Assembly: GCA_031288515.1 (NCBI GenBank)
Contig: JAITRG010000066.1
Coordinates: forward strand, 184 to 64,183
Length of the DNA: 64,000 bases
Reading direction: 5' to 3'
Source: Tannerellaceae bacterium
GTDB taxonomy: Bacteria > Bacteroidota > Bacteroidia > Bacteroidales > Tannerellaceae
The notes under the pieces are model-generated. The model was given only the letters and a program-made list of their open reading frames with translations, searched no databases and was not told the DNA's origin. How positions within the stretch are numbered: position 1 is the stretch's first letter; every line of letters starts with the position of its first letter. The translations under genes were made by a program, and so were the position numbers. This document shows positions 28,907-38,330 of the stretch, piece after piece.

Positions 28907-30499
28907 TTAGAAAAACATATTTAGCCATTCAATAATTTTAGGAATAAGCATAGTGAGGCAAGTTATGCACATAAGAAAAACACCCGGAATAACAGTTATT
29001 TTTAGCCATTTAGGCAGTTCTTGCTCAACCGATATTTTACCACCTGTCTCTTTTGCTGTCGCCCATTTTTCGAGATTGTTTGCTAAATTGTCAATTTTCT
29101 TATTTTGGCTGGTTATTGCATCCTCAAACGCTTTTACTGATTTTTGTACTTCGCCAAGTTCAAAAAGAGATTTAACAATTTTATCCCAATCGCTTGTGCT
29201 TGCAGTTAATGCCTTGTTTTGAGTATCAATAAAAGTTCCTAACTCTTGCCGTTTGCCTTCAATATCGGTTTTTATTTCATGGAAAATATCTTCTATAGCT
29301 TTATTGTACTTTCCTACAACTCCCACCAATGCACGGTTTGCTTCATCATAGTTTTCTGCTAACCAATGCTCGTGTTTGGAATAGAATTGGCTTGCTTTTT
29401 CGATAAATTGAGTACGGTTTTCATAGGCGTCTAATTTCTTATTCAATGCTTGTACATTGACAAGATACTGATTGCAATTTTTCAGATATTCCCCGAGTAT
29501 GTGTATTTCTCCGGTACTGTTTTGTAATGCAGTAAAGAGTTTCAAGTTTTGCAGCACGAGGTCTTTTTCAGCTATTTTGCGGACAGAATCCAAAAGTTGT
29601 ACCTGCATCTTGTGCGATTCATTGACTTTCTCGAGTGCCGAGCTGAGATTTCCTGTGTTTTCGGCAAACTTGGAATTAAAATTATTCAAGTTCTTAGTCA
29701 TTTTGCAAATTGCACCCACTACATTGTCCGAAAGCGTGGGTAAGAGTTTTGCTTGTATCCAAGATAGAAATTTGTGTTTGCTGCTTTCTACAGTCGACTT
29801 TGCGGTTTTGAATTTATTTGAACCAACAGTAGTGAGAATAATTCCTAAAATACTCGAAATCATTGCTAATGCCACGCCTCCGAGTAATGCCTCAACACCG
29901 TCAACACCCGATTCACCTCCTGCGCTCAACAAATCGCCAATACCGCCGCTCAACCACAAATAGAGAATACCTATCAAAATCCCCGCCATTGTTCCTACTA
30001 ACCCCATATAAAGTGGAATAGGAATTTGTGTGTTGATTTCCTCTTCTTTAGCATCACAATTTCTATCAATAATATCTTTCATCAAATGAAAATCGCTAAC
30101 GGTTTTGTTATTTTCTAGATAATCGTTAATAGACCTGATAATGGTTTTCAACGTTGGATTGTCGTGGTTTGCTGAAATAACGCCTAATTTTAAATCACTT
30201 TTTATAATGTTAAGGTTATATTCGCCTGTAGTATTACCATTTTTGTCATATTTTTTATAACGAGAATCTTTGATATTTAGACCAATAGCCGACAGCATTC
30301 TTGCTAATTTCTCATGATTTGCATTATCAATTTCTTGATTTGCATTATCAATTTCTTCTTGGCTGTGCAGTTCATAATTACCATCTTTTTCAAGAAAAAT
30401 ACTCAAAAAATCTTCTATTTTTTTCTTTGTGTCAGTAAAAAAGCATAATTGAATAATTACAATGATTGCGACAATGAGTATTACAATAAAATAGTGCAT
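28907..30499 (-). CDS. ZorA/MotA-TolQ-ExbB-like protein with long coiled-coil tail and extra C-terminal TM
   Basis: TM1 at the N-terminus; IPLYMGLVGTMAGILIGI and GVEALLGGVALAMISSILGIILT match the MotA/ZorA TM pair; about 280-aa helical tail; hydrophobic C-terminus. Confidence 0.75.
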   Translation of the reverse strand: MHYFIVILIVAIIVIIQLCFFTDTKKKIEDFLSIFLEKDGNYELHSQEEIDNANQEIDNANHEKLARMLSAIGLNIKDSRYKKYDKNGNTTGEYNLNIIKSDLKLGVISANHDNPTLKTIIRSINDYLENNKTVSDFHLMKDIIDRNCDAKEEEINTQIPIPLYMGLVGTMAGILIGILYLWLSGGIGDLLSAGGESGVDGVEALLGGVALAMISSILGIILTTVGSNKFKTAKSTVESSKHKFLSWIQAKLLPTLSDNVVGAICKMTKNLNNFNSKFAENTGNLSSALEKVNESHKMQVQLLDSVRKIAEKDLVLQNLKLFTALQNSTGEIHILGEYLKNCNQYLVNVQALNKKLDAYENRTQFIEKASQFYSKHEHWLAENYDEANRALVGVVGKYNKAIEDIFHEIKTDIEGKRQELGTFIDTQNKALTASTSDWDKIVKSLFELGEVQKSVKAFEDAITSQNKKIDNLANNLEKWATAKETGGKISVEQELPKWLKITVIPGVFLMCITCLTMLIPKIIEWLNMFF

Positions 30500-30503
30500 A
30501 ATT

Positions 30504-31571
30504 TTATACGAATTTAATTTTTGCAGGTATGATTATAACCCAGTTATTATTATCTTTTTTCACATTACCCGGTTGGGTGGTATTTATTTGTTTCTTGTCG
30601 GTGAGATTATCTTTTGCATCGTTTTCGATAGAGCAAATACCTTCAAACCAGTTTTCATTTTTTACCACACCAATATACTCAAATTTTGCTTCATTGCTGT
30701 TAACCGCAAAAACGCGAAAGCTTGCATTTGTTTTGCTGGGTAGTTGCTCTGTCAATTGTTTATCACTTTTTGAAGCGAAATATAAAGCGTTATCGCTCTG
30801 TGGAGTATTATTTGCTTGCTGCGGCGCTTGCTGTTGTATCCCATTTCTTACTTTTTCAGATAATTCACCAAATTGCCGTTCCAATTTATTGAGTTTGTCT
30901 TCAAACATTCTGACATTGTTGTTGCTATCGCTTATAATTGGAGATCTCAGGTTATTAAACTTTTCTTTTATTCCTTCACTGAGAAAAAACACATCTTCTA
31001 CAAATTTGCGAACCAAACTATTGCGATTTACAGTAAACTGCAATTTATACCATAGAAATAAAGTCGTAATAAGTAAAATAATCACCACCAAACAGATAAT
31101 GATCAATAGCCAAAGCGTAGAGTTTTGTTGTTGCAATTTTTTAATATCCACCTCCAGTTTATTTACTTGCGAAGAAGTTTGGATTGTCTGATTTTTAATA
31201 ATTTTCTGTACGGACAATGAATTGTCATCGAGAGCCTTGTTATATTTATTTTTGCGTTTATTGATTTTGCCGGCAAGTTGCAATGCAACATCATTTGACC
31301 CATCGGGAAATAAAGATTCGATTTTGTTATAATTCGGTGCATCATTCAAATTATTAAGCGTTGCCTTTAACAATTCGGGCTTTACGCTTTTTTCGTAAGT
31401 GTCTTTAATGTAGGATTTTTCCGCATCGTTTTTTTCGATAAAAGCAATTAAATACTGATAATTAGCATAGTCCAGCAAATGATCAAAAAAGGCTTTATCT
31501 ATTTCTTTTTTCGCAACCGCCGAAATGCAGCACAAAACTAATACGCTGAATATTACTGTTATTTTTTTCAT
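30504..31571 (-). CDS. Signal-peptide, single-TM protein with coiled coil and C-terminal beta-rich domain
   Basis: MKKITVIFSVLVLCCISAVA signal, TM LWLLIIICLVVIILLITTLFLW, heptads FEDKLNKLERQFGELSEKV. Confidence 0.7.
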   Translation of the reverse strand: MKKITVIFSVLVLCCISAVAKKEIDKAFFDHLLDYANYQYLIAFIEKNDAEKSYIKDTYEKSVKPELLKATLNNLNDAPNYNKIESLFPDGSNDVALQLAGKINKRKNKYNKALDDNSLSVQKIIKNQTIQTSSQVNKLEVDIKKLQQQNSTLWLLIIICLVVIILLITTLFLWYKLQFTVNRNSLVRKFVEDVFFLSEGIKEKFNNLRSPIISDSNNNVRMFEDKLNKLERQFGELSEKVRNGIQQQAPQQANNTPQSDNALYFASKSDKQLTEQLPSKTNASFRVFAVNSNEAKFEYIGVVKNENWFEGICSIENDAKDNLTDKKQINTTQPGNVKKDNNNWVIIIPAKIKFV

Positions 31572-31574
31572 TAT

Positions 31575-34500
31575 TTAGTCTTCCTTATTTTCTATTTCTT
31601 TACTTATAGTTCTCAGTAATGTAGGTACTGCAAAGAAGAAGAATGTTTCTTCAACTTCGGAATTTTCGTCTTTGCTGTTAATCTTATTTTTCACAACATT
31701 TTCTATATCGCCTTTATTAGCAACTACTTCTTTGGCTTTGTTTATCGCTGTTTTGGGAATTGATAATGCCCGTTCTATTGATTCTGTTCCGACCTGTTTT
31801 CCAATTTTACTTTTGAGCAATTCGTCAAAAACATAAGTGAAAAACGCTGTGACTTGTGCGATTATTTTATCAATCAGCTGCGTGTTAGCCAGCAATTCTG
31901 AATATGTTTTTGTGTTGGCGAAAGAACTATCACCCAAGCCAAGCAAAACCTCGTAAGGAACATTAGCTGACGTTTCACCAGCTGTTTTTATTGTGCCTTC
32001 GCAAGTAACTTCTTTCGGATTGTTCGTGTTAGGAATGATTTCCATTTTTTTTGGATTTCCGTCATCGCCATATTTTGCATCAAATACTTTTTCAAAAATA
32101 AGTGTTGCGATTTTTTCCAACATTTCTTTTTTCCCAACGACATCCACGATACGAGAGCCATTGCCACTAAAGGTAAGATGGCGCGGCATAGACGATCCTT
32201 TTGCTTTCATTATCTGCGCCGTATGATAAATGATTGCAGCATAGAACAGTAAAAAAACAATTTTTTGATTATTGTCGTCTTTCAGCATTTTATTAAAATC
32301 AATACTTTTACCTCTTTCAGTCAAATCTTCATTGTCTTTCAGTGAAAAGAAAAAGGAAGCAAAATCGCCAAACTCAGTATTTTCATCAATAGCACTCATC
32401 GTTCTTGTTAAAATCCTAAATTCGCTAATCTGATTTTCAATCCTCGACTTGTATTTTGTAACAACTTTGCTTACATACAGCCCGAGTCCGAAAAGATCGT
32501 TTGCAGCAAAGCGAAATGAGGTTACAAAATTCGGTTTGCTGTCTTTAACAAAAACTACATCGGTAGTTCCTCCGCCAATGTCAATAGATACAAGGTCTTT
32601 TATGTAGTCTTTGTAATCCAGCAAATTGCTGTAATAATAGAACGGAGCAAGCGATTCTGTAAGTTTTTTGCATTTGTCGACAACTTTGTCTTCTGAAAAA
32701 TACTTTTTGTATGCCTCTGTCCATTTTTCTTCAACTTCCCCTAAACGAGTTGAGTTCATACTTAATGGATAAGTCCAAATTATTTTCGTATTCGCCAAAT
32801 CACCATTGCCAAAAGCAACTTTGTTGCGCATTAAATAGCACAAATTATCAATATAATAGCCAACTTGATCTATATCCGATTCCCATTTCAACTGTGTAAC
32901 GGGCATGCCATTGTAGACAGGGACATTTCTTTTGTCGAAAGGCAAAATAATATTGGTGTGTGCAAACGGCAATTTCAGTTCCGTAGTTGCATTATTCGCC
33001 ACTATTAATGCCGTGCGTGTAGGAAACTTGACTTTGATATTTTTCGCTTTGTTGAACCCGATATGTTCGGGAATAAAATCAATATCGGCAACTAATCGCG
33101 TTTGACAAACTCTATCGCCCGGATTTACAAGCCACGAAATTTGCTCGTCTTGGTCTGTAATATCAAATGCTGTTATATTGCCATTTGTACTTGTTTTGTA
33201 TGCAATATGCGTGTTAGAAGTGCCAAAATCGACTGAAAAAGTAAAATTCACATTTTTACTAACGGGTTTAAGCACAGGAATTATTATTCCACTTATATTA
33301 TTGTCTATCAAGATTTTTACACGATCAAACTCTTTTTTTTCTAATGCATAAGTGGTACAAACATTGTTAGCCGGGTCAATATTGTTGCGAGTGATTTTAT
33401 CATTTGTTTCATTTAAATTAATTTTCTCTGATTTGTTGTAAAAATAAGCTGATAACTGCTTTATTTCATTGAATTCGTGAAATAAGCCGAAACGATAAAA
33501 AGATCTTTCTGCATTTTCAAATTTCACTCTTGGGAAAATCATAAAATCAGTTTCACTGCCAAGCGAAATAATACTTTCTAACTTGTAATCTTTAACAAAT
33601 TGAACTACACCTTTTTTGACAGGGATTGACAGGATCACTTTGATTGAACTGCTACCATCAATTCTGATCATTTTCTTCAATTCTTCTACTGAAAAAAACT
33701 CAAAAAATTTATCTTTTAATGGCAGCAAAATACACTTATCGCCAGCGTTGGTATGATTGCCTGAAAAGTAGTATTTTTCGATTATTGGTTTTGGTAGTTG
33801 AATTATTTTGTCTTCCAGAAAATCTTCGGCAGTAAGCCACGAATAATGAGTGCCGTCAGGGAGAATTTCATGATTATTTCCTAAAACTTGTCCCTTCCAT
33901 ATTGAATTGCTGTCGAGTTTCCAATTCTCAATTCCAGGTGCAGTGCCACCAAGAATTAAAGGCAAATGAGCTGTTTTTGCAGGAACAGAAGGCTGTACAA
34001 CAAAATCACTTGTATTAGCCACATCGGCAGGATTGTTCTGTAAAATAAAAAGTTCATAGCCGCAAACAGCAGGATAAATATTGTTGCCGATTTTAAGCTG
34101 CGTATAATCATTCATATTATTGGGTAGATCCGCGATACGTGCTACCCGGTTTGTTGGTATTTGAGAGATCAGATACTCGAAAAATTCAGGAAATGCATTG
34201 GAATTTTTGTTTGTTTTAATCCAGGTATGCAAGTAATCTTGAAATCTAAGACCGCGCTGCGATAATGGAAGAATACCACTAAAAGCGAAGTGATTTTGGC
34301 TTAATTGAATTGCGGAAAATGTAGTTTCTTCATTATTGTTGTTTTTATTGAAAAAAGTGCCATCTACTTTGGTAAATTCAGATTCAATAATTCCTGCGTG
34401 ACGATTTTTTATATTTGCAGCACTAAAAAACAATGTGCGTGGCGAAGTGCCTCCTATTATTTTGCCTGTGTTTTTATGTTTAAGAAAATAGAGTTCTTTC

Positions 34501-34928
34501 ATATTTTGTAAGTTTAATGCAGCAGAATCGCTCTCTAAAAACAAATTGATAGTACTCTTCAAACAACCGTCAGGCATACTATTGAGCATATCTATATCCC
34601 ACTCAATACATTGTAATATGGTGGTGTGTTTGGCGAAATCAAAAAAGATTTCGCCAATATCCAAACTGTTAGATACAATTTGCTGATACGCTCTCAAAGC
34701 ATTCGTCCCCTTTTTAGCCACTTCTGCAAAGGCGGTCTTAGTCAAAGCTATACGGGCAAATGGCGAAGGTATGGAGGTTGGTTCGTTTGTTGAGTTTGGA
34801 TTCGAGGGTGGAATTTGATCTATTTCGCTTGTGCTGTAGCCTTTTGTGTCACCCCAATCTTGAATAGTAGCGGACAATGTACCTGCGCCTTGCGTTAGGC
34901 TTGTATTTAATCTGAAAATATATGACAT
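31575..34928 (-). CDS. 1117-aa protein with C-terminal actin/Hsp70-fold ATPase domain
   Basis: Phosphate-1 FSVDFGTSNTHIA, phosphate-2 SIDIGGGTTDV, adenosine LTFSGNGSRIV, connect-2 NPKEVTCEG; N-terminal PTSIPSPFAR. Confidence 0.8.
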   Translation of the reverse strand: MSYIFRLNTSLTQGAGTLSATIQDWGDTKGYSTSEIDQIPPSNPNSTNEPTSIPSPFARIALTKTAFAEVAKKGTNALRAYQQIVSNSLDIGEIFFDFAKHTTILQCIEWDIDMLNSMPDGCLKSTINLFLESDSAALNLQNMKELYFLKHKNTGKIIGGTSPRTLFFSAANIKNRHAGIIESEFTKVDGTFFNKNNNNEETTFSAIQLSQNHFAFSGILPLSQRGLRFQDYLHTWIKTNKNSNAFPEFFEYLISQIPTNRVARIADLPNNMNDYTQLKIGNNIYPAVCGYELFILQNNPADVANTSDFVVQPSVPAKTAHLPLILGGTAPGIENWKLDSNSIWKGQVLGNNHEILPDGTHYSWLTAEDFLEDKIIQLPKPIIEKYYFSGNHTNAGDKCILLPLKDKFFEFFSVEELKKMIRIDGSSSIKVILSIPVKKGVVQFVKDYKLESIISLGSETDFMIFPRVKFENAERSFYRFGLFHEFNEIKQLSAYFYNKSEKINLNETNDKITRNNIDPANNVCTTYALEKKEFDRVKILIDNNISGIIIPVLKPVSKNVNFTFSVDFGTSNTHIAYKTSTNGNITAFDITDQDEQISWLVNPGDRVCQTRLVADIDFIPEHIGFNKAKNIKVKFPTRTALIVANNATTELKLPFAHTNIILPFDKRNVPVYNGMPVTQLKWESDIDQVGYYIDNLCYLMRNKVAFGNGDLANTKIIWTYPLSMNSTRLGEVEEKWTEAYKKYFSEDKVVDKCKKLTESLAPFYYYSNLLDYKDYIKDLVSIDIGGGTTDVVFVKDSKPNFVTSFRFAANDLFGLGLYVSKVVTKYKSRIENQISEFRILTRTMSAIDENTEFGDFASFFFSLKDNEDLTERGKSIDFNKMLKDDNNQKIVFLLFYAAIIYHTAQIMKAKGSSMPRHLTFSGNGSRIVDVVGKKEMLEKIATLIFEKVFDAKYGDDGNPKKMEIIPNTNNPKEVTCEGTIKTAGETSANVPYEVLLGLGDSSFANTKTYSELLANTQLIDKIIAQVTAFFTYVFDELLKSKIGKQVGTESIERALSIPKTAINKAKEVVANKGDIENVVKNKINSKDENSEVEETFFFFAVPTLLRTISKEIENKED

Positions 34929-34932
34929 GATC

Positions 34933-36435
34933 TTAATGAGTTTTAAGGGTTAGTAATTTTTCAGTAGCACGTGAAAAGAGTAAGAGAAATTTTTGCGATT
35001 CCGACAGTGCTTCGTCAATACTTCCGTGTATATCGACAAGTATTTTCAGCACCCTCTCCCAATCTTTGTTGAATCGAGAACCATTCCACAAGTCTAATGT
35101 ACCTTTGATAAATTCATCAGCCCTCGACATTTCAAGTTTGAATGGGCTGAAACTACGGGCTTGGGCTTCCATTTCGATTAACCAATCCACATAATTTTTT
35201 TGGATAATCTCAAGTGATTGTAATTCATTTGAGCGAAAAGCACTATCAAAACCTTTACGGATAGCATAAACAGCAGATAATCCCGTTTTGTCAAAATGAT
35301 TACCACTATCTTTTTGAGCAATTTTATCGGTGATTTTTACGGTTTTCGGATTGTTATCTTTTATTGCATTGTAGCCCATATATTTAGCAAAAAGTAAAAA
35401 TCTTGATAGCGGTTCAACAACAAGATTTTTTGTTGACTGATGTAGCATATTGAAATCAGATTGTGTTTCGTCACTTATGCCAAATTCTTTGTATGTAGTA
35501 GCGTGGCTATTGCTATTGTTGGTAATTGTAAAACTATTTACTGGCAATTTTGCGAAATTAAGAATTGCCAGTGCCGAAGCCATTTCTACAAAGTGAGCAG
35601 GGTCAGTTTGATTTGCCCCACCTTTACAGTGCGGGTAAGTACTTGGTTTTGTATCGCCAATATAATATAACATATCTAAATGATTTTGTTCATCAATGTA
35701 ATAATTCAATGCGGCTTTTGCCTTGTCGTTCCAATCATTAGCATTGACAGTACTGTTATCATTAGCATCTGCGTCTGCAACTTGATAATAGGGTAAAACA
35801 GTAATTGCGCCAATCGGGGCATTCTTAATCGGACCCCATTGCCCTGTGTTTTGTGTGCGTGTTTTATGCAAAAGTTTCCGCAAAAGTGGAAATCCACTTG
35901 CACCTGTTCCACCAAAAATAGAGGAAATGATAAAAATACGGTCGCCTGTTTGAAACTGATTGGCAAAAGCTGTGAATAAATCGTTGTTCTCAAATTGATT
36001 TTGAACCACACAGCCCATATTAGGATTTCCCTGAAAACCATGACTCATATCCATTTCCAATGTTTCACGCGAAAAAAGCATATCTACCAATGCTTTATTT
36101 GGGTCATCCAACTGACTATAATTTATAAAATCATCAAACCTTACATTTTGCTGATCCCATTGCAAACAAAACTGCCATGCACCATTCACTTTCAATAAGT
36201 CTATTTTTGTTTTGAAAAACTTGCAGTCATGGCTTGACATATTTTCATTTACCCTGATATAATTGTCAACAAGTTTTTTTACCTGAACATAATCGCCGTT
36301 CTGTACATCGCGGTCGATAATGATTGGTATAATAGTGTCGAATGCACAATCTACGCCACTTGATAGCAGCATTATAAGCGATTTAAGAACACGAGAACCT
36401 GTCCCGCCTATTCCAAATATATATAATTTTGCCAT
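34933..36435 (-). CDS. Divergent tubulin/FtsZ-superfamily GTPase (Tubulin_2-like)
   Basis: T1 loop GIGGTGSRV, T3 GFQGNPNMG, T4 signature FGGTGASG; start MAKLYIFG at 36435. Confidence 0.85.
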   Translation of the reverse strand: MAKLYIFGIGGTGSRVLKSLIMLLSSGVDCAFDTIIPIIIDRDVQNGDYVQVKKLVDNYIRVNENMSSHDCKFFKTKIDLLKVNGAWQFCLQWDQQNVRFDDFINYSQLDDPNKALVDMLFSRETLEMDMSHGFQGNPNMGCVVQNQFENNDLFTAFANQFQTGDRIFIISSIFGGTGASGFPLLRKLLHKTRTQNTGQWGPIKNAPIGAITVLPYYQVADADANDNSTVNANDWNDKAKAALNYYIDEQNHLDMLYYIGDTKPSTYPHCKGGANQTDPAHFVEMASALAILNFAKLPVNSFTITNNSNSHATTYKEFGISDETQSDFNMLHQSTKNLVVEPLSRFLLFAKYMGYNAIKDNNPKTVKITDKIAQKDSGNHFDKTGLSAVYAIRKGFDSAFRSNELQSLEIIQKNYVDWLIEMEAQARSFSPFKLEMSRADEFIKGTLDLWNGSRFNKDWERVLKILVDIHGSIDEALSESQKFLLLFSRATEKLLTLKTH

Positions 36436-36460
36436 ATATTTTTCATTAGGTGATTTATAA

Positions 36461-36904
36461 TTATTTATATGATTTACGAAACAGGAAAGGTACATTCCCG
36501 TGTATATTAATAAAAATCAGTTGTATTGCCACTGAAAAAACAAGACAATAGACAAAAGACCACAAAAGATTTATCAGAGCAAATCCCACAAAGTTTTCGA
36601 AACTATATGGTAAGTCCTGATTTTGTTCGGCATAAATTCCATACAAAGTGTTGTTGGATAGCGTATAAGCAATAGCAAAACTGATAATACACAGTAGAAG
36701 CACTGTGATAAACCAAGCGAGCAAACGAAAAGTAAGTGGCTTTTGTGCTTTGAACAGGTAGAAAATAATCATACCCAACACTGTAACTGCCAGCGTTGCA
36801 ATACCAGTTGAGGTATAAATACCTGCATCGTAAAGATTATCGGAAAAACCTTCAATATAGTTTGAACCAAAAAGTTCGTAGAATAGAGAAAGAAAATCGT
36901 TCAT
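36461..36904 (-). CDS. Small multi-TM membrane protein
   Basis: Three or four hydrophobic segments in 147 aa; sits in-operon between the vWA and tubulin genes. Confidence 0.75.
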   Translation of the reverse strand: MNDFLSLFYELFGSNYIEGFSDNLYDAGIYTSTGIATLAVTVLGMIIFYLFKAQKPLTFRLLAWFITVLLLCIISFAIAYTLSNNTLYGIYAEQNQDLPYSFENFVGFALINLLWSFVYCLVFSVAIQLIFINIHGNVPFLFRKSYK

Positions 36905-36935
36905 AATGAAAAAATATTATGTTATTGTTATTTAA

Positions 36936-38330
36936 TTATTTATCTATTGAAATTGTACATTCAAAAAAGTATTTATTATCGGGATAAATGATTTTATACG
37001 CTTCTGCAATACCTGCTACCCAATAGTTTAAACCGAATGTTTTGCCTTCTGTTTTTTCCTGCGAAGTATCGTCTTCGGTGCTGCTGTTGATAATCCATTG
37101 TGGTATTTGTTTATTCAGTACAAATGAAACATCGGAAACAGCTTTTGTTTTTGCCTCCAATACAATGATATGAGTGGGTTTTGCGTTGGCAATACGATTT
37201 TTATCGTTAGCATTAATTTTCACAGAGTCTATCGGAAAAATTTCTTTCACAATAAAATTATTGGTAGTAACTGTATAATTTGCAGGATTTGTCAGATAAT
37301 CGTTTTCTGTTTGCACATTGCTGTAGTTCACTGCTACAGCAAATTGAATTCTATCTACTCCCCGCATTAAATCTACATCTTTAATTCCGTGAATGTGGGT
37401 TAATTTTGTTTTGTCGCGGTCAGGTTTGAAACGCCCTTTGTTACAGGTTGACTGTAGAACAGAATAATACAAATCTTTCGATTTTTTGGAAAGCAAAGTA
37501 TATTTATTTTCAAAACCTTCTACTTTGTTGGCTTTCAGTTCTATATTTTTATTAAAATCATCAAGAATTTCCTGATTTGCAATTACACAGATATAATAAG
37601 GTCTGTTTCCTTTGATATAATACCCTTTGTCGTCGCCAGTAAAAGGATAGTATTTGCCATCAAATTTCGATTTCATTTTTACAATGGTTGTGGCAAGTGG
37701 CACTTTATCGTTTTTCCATTTCGAGAGAAATGCGTCTTTTGTTAAACTTTTTTCATCCAAAAGCAATCCTATGGCATCGCTTGAGCCATGAATGGAATAA
37801 ATACAGTCGGAAAACAAAATAGAAATAGAGTTGTTGCCAGTTTTGTCCAAAATCATTTTGAAAATTTGATTAAGATTAGTGCTTTGCCACATTTCTTTTT
37901 CTTGTCCGTTCCGCCATTCCAGTTCAATATTTTGCGCAAAAGCTGTAAGGTCAATTTTTGCAGTATTTTCAGATTTGATTTTTTGTTGCTTCTTTTTTGT
38001 TAATTCAGGTTGAGGATTGAGTCGCAGTTTATTGATTTGCTGATTGATAAAAAACAGATTAATACTGTCTTCATCGTAATGATATTTGAGTAGCACCAAC
38101 AAATCGCGAATTGCGCCTTTGAACTCGGTTTTGCCCTTCACATAGCCGTCCATACTGCCGCTATTTTCGATATAAACATTGACAATAGGAGCTGGCTTAG
38201 CAACAGTAAAGTCGGCAGCGGCTGCTGTGTCTTTCGGTTCTGATTTATCGCCATCCGATGAAGATGGTTTGCCATTGCCACAAGAACATAAAGGCAAGGC
38301 AACAAGTGTGAAAATTAAAAGTTTATACAT
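36936..38330 (-). CDS. vWA-like lipoprotein
   Basis: Lipobox LPLCSC; MIDAS-like VNVYIENSGSMDG, STNLNQIF, ILFSDCIYS. Confidence 0.7.
   Translation of the reverse strand: MYKLLIFTLVALPLCSCGNGKPSSSDGDKSEPKDTAAAADFTVAKPAPIVNVYIENSGSMDGYVKGKTEFKGAIRDLLVLLKYHYDEDSINLFFINQQINKLRLNPQPELTKKKQQKIKSENTAKIDLTAFAQNIELEWRNGQEKEMWQSTNLNQIFKMILDKTGNNSISILFSDCIYSIHGSSDAIGLLLDEKSLTKDAFLSKWKNDKVPLATTIVKMKSKFDGKYYPFTGDDKGYYIKGNRPYYICVIANQEILDDFNKNIELKANKVEGFENKYTLLSKKSKDLYYSVLQSTCNKGRFKPDRDKTKLTHIHGIKDVDLMRGVDRIQFAVAVNYSNVQTENDYLTNPANYTVTTNNFIVKEIFPIDSVKINANDKNRIANAKPTHIIVLEAKTKAVSDVSFVLNKQIPQWIINSSTEDDTSQEKTEGKTFGLNYWVAGIAEAYKIIYPDNKYFFECTISIDK

Noticed and set aside
28084-30499. Flagellar MotAB or Ton/Tol ExbBD-TolQR annotation
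   Set aside because: There is no flagellar or TonB/TolA context, the A subunit has a long tail, and the B subunit has an OmpA-type rather than ExbD-type domain.
34933-36435. Canonical cell-division ftsZ or plasmid tubZ
   Set aside because: The signature is divergent, there is no dcw cluster or TubR/centromere, and the gene lies on an IS-bounded block.
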